Positions 10,701-23,016 of a stretch of 64,000 nucleotides of DNA are shown piece after piece. The position numbers and the translations under genes were made by a program. Position 1 is the stretch's first letter; each line of letters begins with the position of its first letter. Under the pieces are notes generated by a model. It saw only the letters and a list, made by a program, of their open reading frames with translations. It was not told where the DNA came from and searched no databases. Origin of the DNA: Klebsormidium nitens (taxonomy: Eukaryota; Plantae; Klebsormidiophyceae); NCBI GenBank assembly GCA_000708835.1, contig DF237041.1, forward strand, positions 1-64,000. The letters are read 5' to 3'.

Positions 10701-13700
10701 TGACCATGGCTGAGACGGACCGGCGCTTCCGTTCATTCAGCGACCTCGAAAAGGACACCATCGGGAAGCTGCTGCCGGACAACGAGGAGGACCTACTGGC
10801 CGGCATCGGACAGAATGCGGACATGGACCGGACGGTGCACTCCACTGGAAGCAACGGGTTCGAGGAGCGGGAGGACTTCGACTTGTTCAGCAGCGGTGAG
10901 AGACAATATACCATTGTCTGTAGATATTATGGTGGAGGAGGTGTCTTCTTGTCAGCATGGATTTCTTACAGATTGCTCGAAAAGATTGCCTTTCACAACG
11001 CGCAAGCTCTGAACAACCGCGAGCATATCCCTTGCCTTCAGATTCACTCTGGCAAAAATACATGTTTGCCAACTCATCCTTCAAACTGGAACTCATCTCT
11101 AGCTTGCCTCAAGATGGCCAGGCACCCCCAGAAAAAGCTACGGAACCACGTGAGTACCTTTTGTACCGTGAGCGCGCCCTGGAGAGTGGCACAATCATAA
11201 CGACCTGCCCAACCCACCTTGCTAGGCTTAAGCTTTCTTACCTCCAGTACGAGTTCCCAGCTTTTTCCGAGTCCTCGTAAGAGATGCTGAATCTTCGCTG
11301 CTTGCTTGCCAGGTGGCGGCCTGGAATTGGGCGATCTCGAAGGCTCCGGCCACGGCTACCGGGCCTACCAGCGTCACATTGAGGCGTCAGCCGGTTTCGC
11401 CCCACCCCTTCCAAGGGAGACGGAAAGTGCAGTCACGGGGCCAATGGCGGGGGAACATCCTTATGGAGAGCACCCCTCGCGGACACTGTTTGTACGGAAC
11501 ATCAACAGCAACGTGGAGGACTCGGAGCTGAGGGCGCTGTTTGAGGTGAGCGTGAAGGCGAAGGGTTTGGTTGTGTGAAATTGTCTCAGAGTTTTAGTAA
11601 GTATGAAAGGTCGATGGATCAAATATGCCATTCTGAGGGACGAATCGGCTCACCGTAAGGTAGCAAAGTCTCCCCACCTTGTTTTACTAGCTTTCTGAGG
11701 GGCTGGGGCTTCGAATACTCTTGGCGCACTGGACATGATGTTTGTCAGACCCGTGCACTGCTGTGTAATCCGAAGATATTATCTGGAGCAAAATATTAAC
11801 CAACAAAACGAAGCTTCATGTATCCAGAACCAGAGATCATAGCTTCATTTCTGCTCAAGCATCTTTTCTTACTTTCGCCCCCCTCACTCCAATTGCAGCA
11901 ATACGGCGCCATCCGCCAGCTGTACACGGCCTGCAAGCACCGCGGCTTCGTCATGATCTCGTACTACGACATCCGGGCAGCACGTAGCGCGATGCGTGCG
12001 CTGCAGAACAAGCCGCTCAGGAGGCGAAAGCTAGACATTCATTTCTCCATCCCAAAAGTAAGTTCCTACCATGGAGGGCCTGCGTTTGTCTGTGAGCTTC
12101 GACTCTTCCAACTTGACTTTGTCAGCTCTCCCTGTGTTCCTCCCCTTGAGTTTACGACCATTCTTTGGCCCCTGCCAATCCGCTTTCCACCTCGAACTGT
12201 GTCACTTCTCCCTAAGCTTCCTACACGGTAGACCACAACAGGCAGAACGAGATGGATTTGAGGCACGTCGACGAAAGTCACCTTTGACCACTTTTTAAAC
12301 ACTAGGTGTCAGAACTTTCAGCCACATCTCAACAAACCACGAAACCTCATAAGCTTCGGTATTAGGAAGTGCGACCTGCAAAACCTCCGGCCCGGTGCAT
12401 GCTTGCCACCTCAAACAAGTCTGATTTTGACTCGTCCTTATCTTGCAGGAGAAGTTTTCGGACAAGGACGTGCAGGGCACGCTGGTTGTCATCAACTTGG
12501 ACAGCAGCGCGACCATCTTCGAAGCTTTCCTTTATTCTTCACACCGTTCCAGAAGGTCAAAACGTCTCATCTGGTGCACAACACTCGGTGCGAAAATCGG
12601 AGCCCTCTCTTTCACAGGAGAATCCAAGCGACAAGGACGTGAACCAGGGCACGCTGGTTGTGTTCAACCTGGACAGCAGCGTGACCAACGAAGAGCTGCG
12701 CCAGATCTTCAGCCAGCACGGGGAGGTGAAGGAGATCCGCGAGACGCCGCACAAGCGCCACCACAAGTTCATCGAGTTCTACGACATCCGCGCCGCCGAC
12801 GCCGCGCTGCGCGCGCTGAACCGGAGCGACATCGCCGGGAAGCGGATCAAGCTGGAGCCAAGCCGGCCGGGAGGAGCCCGCCGCATGTGAGCTTCAGATT
12901 CGCTACTGTTTTGGTGGTTCAACCGGGTTTTTCAGAAACCATCCTTTCTGAGAACGACGAGGAAACAGGCCTCATGACTGCTTTGCATTTGGTACTTGTA
13001 TTGACGCGTTGCGGCAGGTTGAAGTCTCTTGCTCGGACTTCGATGAAGTCGGTTCCTTCGGTCAAACTGTCTGAGCAAAAGGTTGAAAAAGCTGTCGTCT
13101 CGAAAACTGACCAAGTCTACCAATGCCGCTGTTGTGTCTTCTTTTCCCAACCCAGTGATTTGGTTTCCTTTTCTCGACTCTTTTTTTGGCTTACCCCTGA
13201 CTGCAGCCTTTCTCCTCACTGGCTCGTGCCCTCCGATGCTTTCCATCTGCTTACGAATCGCTCTCAGCGTCTCCTCTCTCTTCCTTTCGTGGCTAGAAAG
13301 CATTTTCGATCTCCAACAAGAGGGTTATCTTTTCTTCTCCTCGTCAACTGAAACCCCGTCCTTCCTCCGTCCTCTGTCAGCAATTCTCTGAGAGACTGTT
13401 TGTACAGGGTCGAACCAGGTGAAGCACCTTTCTTGTCCTGTCTAAAATCCTCTAGTCGTCCGTCTAATCACCAATATCCCGTCATTCAGGCTTTAAACAT
13501 ATGCTCCTTCTTCCTCGCTTCAGCATGAATGTCGCCGTCCCAACCGACATGATTGACGAGGACCGCCGCATGCACGCGTCCCCCCCCCGTCACAATTCCT
13601 GGTCGTCCATGGGGGGACTGTACCCCGAAGAGACCAACTACTCCGCCTACAACATGCACCCGGGGCTGTCGATGCATTCGGCGGGGGGCAGCTACCACGG

Positions 13701-16700
13701 GGGAAGCCATCACTCTGGCGGCAGCATGCACTCAGGTAAGATGTCAACCGTTTGATTCGCAGCAGTCGCTTGTTGTGTAAGGCTATCTTGTCTGGTGGTG
13801 CGGCATGTCGTTTGGCGATATGCCTCTTTGTGATCTCCGCTGAGTCGGCGAGGTTCGGAGTCTTTCTTGCTGCCTCGTAGAGCAGTAGTATCAACTCTGT
13901 CACCCATTCTTTGAGGGGCATCCGTTTGGATTCTTTGGATTTGCATCGCGTGTATCTGTCTTTGGGTTGGGCATAATATTTTGCTGTCAAGTGCTGATCT
14001 GATAGCGTATTTCAGAAACGACAACTTTTCCCGCCTTCAAAGAAGGATTGGCTCCTGAGTTGCAATGAACCTTTGTTCCACGAAAATCTCACTCAGCCAC
14101 GTTTGCTGTCTGCAGCGGGGGGCAGTAGCCACGGCGGCAGTCTTCACAGCGCCCACTCCGCCGCCAACCGCCTCCTTCTGCAAACCCAAACCTCTCCGTC
14201 GTACCTCAAACGGGCCCTGTCAGGCCTCTCGACGCACCCATCCTCGCCCAACCGCCTGTACAACGGCGCACTTGGCCCGGAAATGGGGCCTTCCAAACTG
14301 GGCCCGATCGGCACCCGTCTCTCCGCCCAAAACCTCGCCGCTCTTGAGTACTCACGATACGGGGGATCCCCTCCCGGGGATCCTTACCGGGGGCTAGATC
14401 GCGGGTCAGGTTTGGACTGGGCCGCCGAAAGGGGTTATGACCTTGAACGGGTTCTCGCCGCGGGCCCGGACATCGGGTTGCCTCGCGGGTTAGAGCGGGG
14501 GTTAGAGCGGGGTTACGGCCCGCCGCTGCAGCGTAGCAGCACGGACGTGGAACGCAGCATCCGGGGGGGGACTTTTTTCGTGGAGGCGCTAGCAGCCGGG
14601 GGGGGCTCAGTAGCGCCCAGTTTCGACCCCCCCAGCTCGAGGCCGTCCTGGGCGAGTACCACGGCCGGCCCCCGCGAGAATTTCTCGAGCCCCTACCGCC
14701 CCTCGGGGGGGGGTTCGGCGCCCAACCTTTTAACCCCCACTTACCTCGGCAACAGTTCCCCTGAGTCGCTCGTAGGGCGTGCCGGTTCGCTTTCCGCGAT
14801 GGGGGGTCTTGATTCCGGCCCTAGTTCCCCGAATCCGGGAGGGTTGATGCACCGAAGTGGTAGTACGGGGCATTTGGGGGGCCTGAAAGGGGCGAACGGG
14901 CAGCCCCCCGAAACGAGGGGACGCCGGCCGGAAACACCGACGGGCATGCAGGGGGGTTCGGGGACCATGGTTCAGTATCAACTGGATTTGGAGAAGATCC
15001 TGAGGGGGGAGGAGCCGAGAACGACGCTGATGATCAAGAACATTCCCAACAAGTAAGTTTAGCGAAATTTGAAAGCTTCAAAGTCCAGATTGAGACCTCC
15101 CTTCCTTCATAAAGTTCCCTTCCTCTACGCAATTAAGGATGCAGACGCGATGAAATCGCTGGATTTGCAAGTGTCTGCCGTTTCATGGAACAGTCCGTTC
15201 TAAGGTCCTCCTCATTGATCTTTCCAAGATTCCAAGAACCATCATTTCCAAGATTTTTCCCGATGTTGCCTGGACTCCTTGACCTCCACTACGAGTGGAT
15301 GGTTAATCCGCATCTCGTCCTCTTTTCAAATCTCTGTAGTCGCTCCTTTCAAAACGGATTTTGTACCCTCATCTCACAGGTTTCCTAACCCTCCTTTCAG
15401 GTACACCCAGAAGATGCTGTTGGCCGCAATCGACGAGCATCACAAGGGCACCTACGACTTCTTTTACCTGCCCATTGACTTCAAGGTCAGTGCTGCCACT
15501 TATCTCGATCCTCTGATCTTCTGAAGCCCGATGCTCGTCGCATCCTCGCTTTCTGAACCTGAAGTGCTTGACTGCAATCTTATGTCCGACTTATGAGCAA
15601 TAATTGATGGGGACGGTTTACGAATGTGCTGAGAAGATCCGGGGTGCTTCGTCGAGAACAGAAGCAAAGCAAACAGCGGTGGCGACCATCTCTATCAAAC
15701 GACAAAGTCTACTTCAAAGGTTTTGCAGGCTGCTGACCTTGTGCGTAATGATGGTGACGAATACCGCAGCAGATTGATCAAAAATCTTGGAGATGCAAGG
15801 TCGTTCTGACACCTGTCCGATTTTGCCTGCAGAACAAGTGCAACGTGGGCTATGCGTTCATCAACCTGGTCAGCCCCGAGAAGATCGTGCCCTTCTGCGA
15901 GGTAAGGGAACTGACTCTGCAGATTCTCCCCGGCGTGTCTCTCTGGTCAAAGCCACGAACGGGAGGCGGACCTTGGTAACTTGCAAAGATGTCACCAGGT
16001 TCTTTTGCCAGGTTGCAGTTTGCGTGCAGTTTCGTAAGGTTTGCATAAGACGATGTCTGTGTCGCAAGCAATTTCTTACAGGTGCTCCCACGAGTCAGCG
16101 AAGTTTTCCTAGATGCTATTTTTCGCTTCTCCTCAACCATTAACGGCAAAGAGCTTAGGGGAGTCTTCAGTAACTTGGCCCCGTCATTGTTCTGGCGGTC
16201 AAACATCTTAGAACGTTACATTTCCTTTCTGCAGCACTTCAACGGCAAGAAGTGGGAGAAGTCCAACCCCAAGTGCAGAAATCTTTGGCTGTTTATTATC
16301 CAACTGGTCTCTTCGGTCTCTGCACAGCACTTGAACGGCAAGAGGTGGGAGAAGAACAACCCTAAGAGCATCAATCTTCCCCTATGAATCATCCTAATTA
16401 GGTTCTTCCATTTCTGCGCAGCACTTCAACGGCAAGAAGTGGGAAAAGTTCAACAGCGAGAAGGTGGCGAGCCTGGCGTACGCGCGCATCCAGGGCAAGG
16501 CCGCGCTGGTGGCCCACTTCCAGAACTCGAGCCTCATGAACGAGGACAAGCGCTGCCGCCCCATCCTCTTCCACTCCGACGGGGAACGCGTGGGCGACCA
16601 GGTGAGCCGCCACGTGTCGCCTCGAGGCTGTCGCAATCAGCTCGCCGTTGGAAATTGTCTGAATTGAACGTGAGGCGGAGCGAAGCTGCAAACATTACTT

Positions 16701-17269
16701 CCAAAGCAGGTGTCCTGAGTTTCAAAGTTCAAAAACTGGTAGAAAATTGATGGGCATGATTGGGAGCGCTGCGTGTATCGTCGGTCTGTGAATTCAGATT
16801 CATCGGCATCTGAGAAGATAGCTTAAACAGTCGACGGTAAACTTTTTTTGGGCAGAATTCTCGCTGTCAGAAGCTGACTCCCTAGTGAGACGGAGGCGAC
16901 ACCGTAAGGCCTGCTCTTTATCATGTCAAGTTCCGAGTCTCTTCCTTATATCTGAGCGAAAGCCGCAGTCATCCTCCTGAACAATGGTTGTCCTGACTCC
17001 AATCGACGATCTCTACGCAGGAGCCTTTCCCTGCCAGCACGGCCCCTGCCCGCGTCCCCACCGGCCGGCCCCCGCTGACCCGCAACTCGAGCGGTACCTT
17101 CACCCCCATGAGTAGCAGCCCAGCCACGACTGCCGAGGAGAGCTTCATGCTGAGTAGTCCCAATCAGAACCGGGGGTCGGTGTCGTTTCTAAATATGGGC
17201 AGCGGCTCGAGTGCGAATAACCTGGGGGCCGGGTGGTCCATCCAGGAAGATGATTTCAACTTTGAGTAG
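7755..17269 (+). CDS. MEI2-like: MEI2-like RNA-binding protein (AML/MEI2-like family, RRM1-RRM2-RRM3), ~1117 aa
   Basis: join(7755..7793,8969..9059,9478..10113,10701..10895,11313..11545,11899..12057,12618..12886,13524..13735,14116..15052,15401..15485,15833..15901,16422..16601,17021..17269); sum divisible by 3. Diagnostic motifs: IGKLLPDNEEDLL, GEHPYGEHPSRTLFVRNINSNVED, KHRGFVMISYYDIRAA, NQGTLVVFNLD, RTTLMIKNIPNKYTQKML, YLPIDFKNKCNVGYAFIN, FNGKKWEKFNSEKVASLAYARIQG. The start could also be 7743 or 9005. Confidence 0.93.
12435..12530 (+). repeat. Degenerate intronic copy of the acceptor and 5' end of the MEI2 RRM2 exon
   Basis: tcttgcag|gagaagttttcggacaaggacgtgcagggcacgctggttgtcatcaacttggacagcagcgcgacc at 12449 versus the real exon ttcacag|gagaatccaagcgacaaggacgtgaaccagggcacgctggttgtgttcaacctggacagcagcgtgacc at 12618. 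Confidence 0.9.
16130..16460 (+). repeat. ~94-bp-period tandem copies of the acceptor and 5' end of a MEI2 RRM3 exon
   Basis: cag|cactt(c/g)aacggcaaga(a/g)gtggga(g/a)aag follows AG at 16234, 16327 and 16421 (real exon). A more decayed trace (taacggcaaagag) sits near 16141. Confidence 0.92.
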
Positions 17270-19174
17270 CGGTCGGGAGAATTGCCCCGAGGGAGATTGA
17301 GACAGGTGTCAGCGTTTCGAGGAGTCGGAGGGGCGGGTAGTAAGGGAAAGCGTGGTGAAATCTGCGTTCCGAAACGGTGAGACGGATTGATTAGGTGACT
17401 GGAGGCTCATGGGGAGTCTTCGTCAGGCGGCATTTTGAGTCGACGGCGTAAGCTGAGTGGGGGTATGCAACGGGAATGTACGGTGAATGTGCATTCATTG
17501 ATGTCCTGAAGAGTGTAAGACGCGGCCTTTGGGGTTTATACATATTGATTTGGCGGATTGGGTGTAATCAAAAGCTTGAGATAATCACAGAGGCTGCATT
17601 CGGTTGCTGTTGCATTCATGAGGCGGTCCTAGCTATGGGATAAGCTTCGGCTTTGCCACCAGAAGTCTAGTTCTAGGGTCGATGAACTATCTTCATCCTA
17701 GGTGAGAACCTACCGTAGTAATCAGTGAGCACCCTCAGTCGGTGAACGAACGTTCGGGTATCTGCGTATTTCAGGTGTTGACCCTTAGATCGTGAGCTTT
17801 TGAAGGGGCGCTGTGCCAACGAATTTTGTGAAGTGCAGTGTGCTCTATGAGATTGTAAACAAGGCCAACATAACACGGGACAACAGGCTGAAGAACTGAG
17901 AGCGAGTTCCGTTAGCTTATTGATGTTGTATAGGGTAGGACCTGAGTAGCGCTTAGTCTCACGATGAGAACTGCGGATTCTACCATCAGCGACGCCCCAT
18001 AGACGATGTAGGCGTCTCTTTAGTTGATTGTAGACCTCTTTGAAGTGTAGTCGAAAGACAACCAATTTGTTGATGTAAACTCGGGGATGGTTGCAGTCTC
18101 GGTCGTAAAATCGTGTTCAATATGTGATTGGATTCAGCTTACGACTATCATTACCGGCCTAGTACATGCTTTCAATACAACCGTCTATCGCATGTTGGAC
18201 ACCCACTCTTCACATGGACGGTTACTGCTTTATGAAGTGTATTCTCCTGCAAGCGTTTCAGAGACCACAAACCTTCTGCTGGCACTGCCGCCATGAGGTG
18301 GCGCGGCGCAAGGAGTTCACATACACTAGTAGATACCGCGCACCGGATGCATACGTATATACAATTGGCCTCACTATATCCTGATTGGGCACGTAGGAGG
18401 CATACGCACACATGTGGCCCGCCGCAACCGCCATATGACGACGGTAGTAGATGGAAATTGGTAATCTAGCTTTTGCACAGTATATAATTACTATCTTAAG
18501 TTCGATTGTGCATGGTACAGCCGGAGGCCGCGGCCGAAATCCGCCAGTCAACATATAAAGCTGTTTCATAACATGTACCGTCTTATAGTCGGTAAATCAG
18601 CGCACTGATTCTAAGTTGTACAAATTAATTTCAGTCATTGAAGAATTGCCGGCACGTAGGAGGGAAACATACGTTGCGCTATGCATTCCGGTTAGGCAAT
18701 CAGAGGAACTTAATTTTACTTGGGCGAGGCGTTCGTGCTGATGCGCGATGACCACAATGTGGTATAAGCTTATGCACAGCCCTGCGGGACTTCAATTAAT
18801 TTCATTCGATGACAGCTAAACAGCCAGGTCTAATAGTAGGGGTAATGTCGCACTAGTAATTGCAGAAGTGAGTTTTTTACACAAGACAATGCAAGCTCAT
18901 GATGCGCAAGACCAGTTTGACACTGAGGTAATACACAAATCAAGAGCTTTCCAGCCTTTCTGGATCCTTTTGGACTTGGATTGGAATCCGAGATTAAACA
19001 ACACCTTTGTACAGGGGTTTGTGCACGACAAGGCTTGATGCCCTTTGACAAAGGTCTCTACCACTTACAAGAATATACAAGAACAGTTGCTAATATCAGT
19101 GTCAAACGTTTCCTTCTATAAACTTCCAACGGCTTTCATCATTTCCTATATTTCCCTTGAGCAACACCGAACAC

Positions 19175-21207
19175 TTAGGCAGCTACCAAGTTATACTGCT
19201 CCTCAATATAGCTCTCCACATCCCACAAGTGCGTGCCAAACGTAAGCGCCTCAAGAACCACCTTCCTCAACCCCGCAAAGCTAACCTTCACCGCATCATC
19301 CTTGGGAATCACCAGACCAACCACACCCCCCTCGCCCACCATAATCTCCGGCTTTCCAAACAACGCCTCAACGTGCTTCTCAATCACGTTCAATGTCTCC
19401 CGCGTCCGAATTCTAGCCACCTGCTGCAACGTCTCCTGGTCAAAACTCAAGACATACTTCCGCAGCGCCAGCTTTGACCGCCGCTCCTCCGCCACCCGCT
19501 CCTGGTTCCTCCGTAACCGGTTCAACCCCATGCGCTGCTCGTCAGACGCCTCATGCCCCATGTCTGTCGCCCCCCGGGCCATGCGTGCGGCCGCTGCCGC
19601 TGCCTCGGCTGCCAAACTCTCTGCCTCCTCCGAAGCCTTCACCTCCTCCCCAGTTTCAGCATCCACCGCTTCGAGGGGGTTGAATCCCAACATCCCCATT
19701 GCGCCCTTCATCGTCTTCTCGAGCTGGAACCGCTTATCCACCCGCCGCAAGAAGTAACCGTACATAACCGAGGCCGCGTAAACCTGCCCCATGCGCAGCT
19801 TGCTAATCTGCACCGCCGTGCTTTCATCAACGTAGGCCGACTGCCCTGCGCCAAGAACGACAGTCAAGTGCTCCTGGCACATCTCCAGCGCATCTGGGGA
19901 GTGCACGGACTTGAGGGCGTCGAACGCAAGAGGGCCGACGTCAGCGGTGCGTCCGCTGGTCTCAGCGAGGGTGGCAACTTTGCAAACAAGCGACGCCCCC
20001 GACTCGTTGAAGCGCTGGACCACGAGCGCGTAAATAATGTCCTCAACGGCCTTGGACCGTTCAGTGGCCTTCAGCTGGTTGATGCGCCTGCACCAGGTGA
20101 CATTGACGTTAGATACTTGCAATCAGAGTGGCCAGAGACAGGTCAATATAACTGTTGGTACAGGTCAATTGAGAGAAATACTCTGTTAAAGGTGCTGTTC
20201 ATTGCACAGATGATGGACAGAGACAGGTCAATATGGCTGTTGGCACAGGTCGGTTGAGAAAAATACTCTGTTATTAAACTTGCCCACACTCAAGAAAAGG
20301 CGCTGTTCATTGCACAAATGATGGACAAGATGATGACAAGAATAAACTACACCAAAACACTTGTTTGACGCTGGTGGAACAGAAGCAGGCTGTTCGTGGA
20401 ACAGAAGCAGCCAGAACAGCCAATGCAATCTGACCAGACAGTCTTTCTCAGGGCACTTCACTTAAAACAGGATGCATCACCCAGGCCTTACAGAAAAAGC
20501 CAGACATTTTCGCGTACAGCATTGCCAAGAGAATTCAAAGCCAACTCTAATGAAACTAGAGTGACATGAACCATGAATGACAAGAAATCAAAGAGCAGCT
20601 GAAAACATTGCTTGCAACAACAGACTGCTGAGATACAACAAACTTACAAGAAAGAATGGGAGAACCATCTGAGAGATTACTAGGGAACCACGCAGAAAAC
20701 TTACTCATACAGCACCAGCTCTGACCCCGTCGCATTGGCCTTGCTATCCGCCTCTTGCTTTTCTGAGGCTAATCTCTCCAGTTGTTGGTCTGCTGCAGAA
20801 GGGAACAGATGCGGATAATCCTCCAGCATCTTAATGAGGAACTCGCCCGTGGGAGAAGATGGTCGGAGGGGGGCCAACGTGTGGCCTGCCTCTGGTGCAG
20901 ACTCCCCTCCATCTGGCAAAGCCCCATCTGGCGAAGATGGCCCTGCCGCCTCTGCTGAAATTCTCCTGTGCGCCTTGCGAGCAGGTGCATGAACTGCGGA
21001 ATGGAGGGGGAGGGAGCTACCAAAGAAGGAAGAACAGTGAGGAGCTGTGGAGGCCCTGGCAGCAAGTGGCTGTTTGATGGAAGCTCTGGAGGGGCCAAGC
21101 GGGAACAGAGCGGAACCAGCAGGGGACTGCCGTGACTGGCAGCTCACGAGGGGCGATGCTGCGAGCTGGAGCGAGGTAGTGTTCAGGGCCACGCGAGTCA
21201 AGGCCAT
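19175..21207 (-). CDS. DUF760 / UV-B-induced protein At3g17800-like, plastid-targeted, 471 aa
   Basis: complement(join(19175..20087,20705..21207)). Transit peptide, then LAPLRPSSPTGEFL, LYERINQLKATERSKAVEDIIYALVVQRF, LRMGQVYAASVMYGYFLRRVDKRFQLEKTM, LVLEALTFGTHLWDVESYI. Confidence 0.9.
20133..20326. repeat. 85-bp intronic tandem duplication (second copy carries a ~23-bp insertion)
   Basis: cagagacaggtcaatat..ctgttgg.acaggtc..ttgaga.aaatactctgtta..aagg.gctgttcattgcaca.atgatggac starts at 20133 and again at 20218. Confidence 0.9.
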
Positions 21208-23016
21208 CCCGGTAGAAGTGTATCTACGTCAACCAAAAGCTGCGCCAAACGCCTATGCAGAAACAGACACACCTGAACAAACACAAAACTAGGCAGAAAC
21301 TACCGCTGTTGTGAGTGCTGAAAAGTGAGGACCGCTGCTCCTGAGAAAGCTTGAAAAGGAGTCGATGAAGTCACGGAAGACCGCAGAGCTGAGCTCCTGA
21401 AGTGAGTGTTGTCTGCATGAAGCAGGAAAGCGCCTTTCAGAGCTGACGAGAGAGCAGGAGCCCTGGCTCGCTGGTTGGAAGGTTCGATTGACCACGCAGG
21501 CACACTCTTCTTGGCTAGCGGAGATATCGAGCAAACGTGTTGCATTCTGATTCGTCGATTGCTCATGTGGAGCTCGTGGCCAGTCAATCGAACGGCGGAT
21601 CGCAGGATTCTGCCAATCCAGATCTTCTAGAAGTCGACGACTCACGAGACACGAGCGGAGCTGACGAATCGACATCGACGACCGTCCGCAGTTCAGACAA
21701 TTCAGACCACAGATCTATATCTTGAGTTTTAGATCGTCGGATTGGTTGCTAAAGGATTCGTCGTCGTAGTAGACATTGGCACGGTTTCTGTCAGCGTAAA
21801 AAGTTGACTGCGCAACCGGACCGCACATTGGCACGGTTTAATACTTGTACGCACGGTGACTTCAAGCATCACCAGTCAGTACGCACGCTTCTGGGGCTTT
21901 GACACCTCCGTCCTTTTCTGTGCCCAGTTGGCAGGCTGTGTCAAGACAAAAGTTCGGGAACGCGGCGACGCCCTCACTCTAATTACCGGAGGGCGTCGCC
22001 AGCAAACTTTAGGGTCCGCATTTGCGGTTGCCAGAGAGCATTCAATGCTAACCCCATCGGACGATCCAAAGGGTCAAAGTTGGGGGCTGCCCCCATCGAT
22101 CGACGGTCCCGAACTTTTTCTGGCGGGTCCAAGAGCGTGCGTACTGACTGTCACCGTCCTGGGTGGATTCTTCGCAACCCGGCCCACGATAATCTTCCAA
22201 CCGTACGGTCATGGCCCCAATTACCCGCCTTGATACGAGGCGGGACCCAACAGCACACCGATTTCAACCGGCCTGGATTGCTATTATCCCCACCATTACT
22301 CCATCTGGGCCCGCCGCTTGGGGGGAACGAATCGATTGGACGGTTCGGAAGTCTGCTCAGTACACCATCAGTACACACAGAGCGGCTGAGCGGGTGTTCT
22401 TTTGGTCAATTCGCCGAGAACCGAAGGTGTTGTTTTGCCCGAATCTACCACCTTCCGGGGGGTCCCCTTAATTGCTTGAAGAGCATGTTGCAGCAATAAG
22501 TAAATGTCCGAAAGCCGAATCTGCAACGTCTGAAATGATACATGTCATAATTCACTCATCGCCCAGATGAAGATGGGTACTTCTAAGACGCTAATCGTGG
22601 ACGTTTAAAGGGAAACAAAACGAAGCCAGTCTAGGTCAACTTTCGCAATGCAAAGGATGTTATCAATTAGTAGTGGTTAGTAAATTTCAATCCAAGAATC
22701 TGTAACAACACGTACACGTCTAAAGACTTAACACGCTATCCCGCCAACGCAATACTTGAGGAATCCACAACGAAAGGAAGCCTAATACTACAGCTTTGCA
22801 CTCTGATCCTCCAGTACGTTAATCGTTAGGATTCTGCAACTTTGCTACCGCAAGAGCTTCCGGGCTCTTCCCCGCTTTCTCGGCCGCCTGCCTCGATCAG
22901 TCGCCCAACCTCTCTGGAACACGCAAGCTTCGTTTCTAGCAACTCAACTCTCTCACGAACTCCCTACAAAGTTATGTTTCAATCCAAATCCCCAACCCGG
23001 CGTCTTAACCCGCTCC

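Noticed and set aside
15370-15400. Second in-frame acceptor 21 nt upstream of the MEI2 YTQKML exon
   Set aside because: It would add seven residues inside the conserved KNIPNKY motif. Nearby AGs are common and there is no exon-like duplication, so it is not counted as an echo.
16230-16460. CRISPR-like repeat-spacer interpretation of the ~94-bp periodic repeats
   Set aside because: The repeats are copies of a eukaryotic exon boundary, the 'spacers' are related intron sequence, and there are no cas genes.
17673-18065. 130-aa minus-strand ORF downstream of MEI2
   Set aside because: No motif, splice structure or family recognised; at most an unidentifiable relic.
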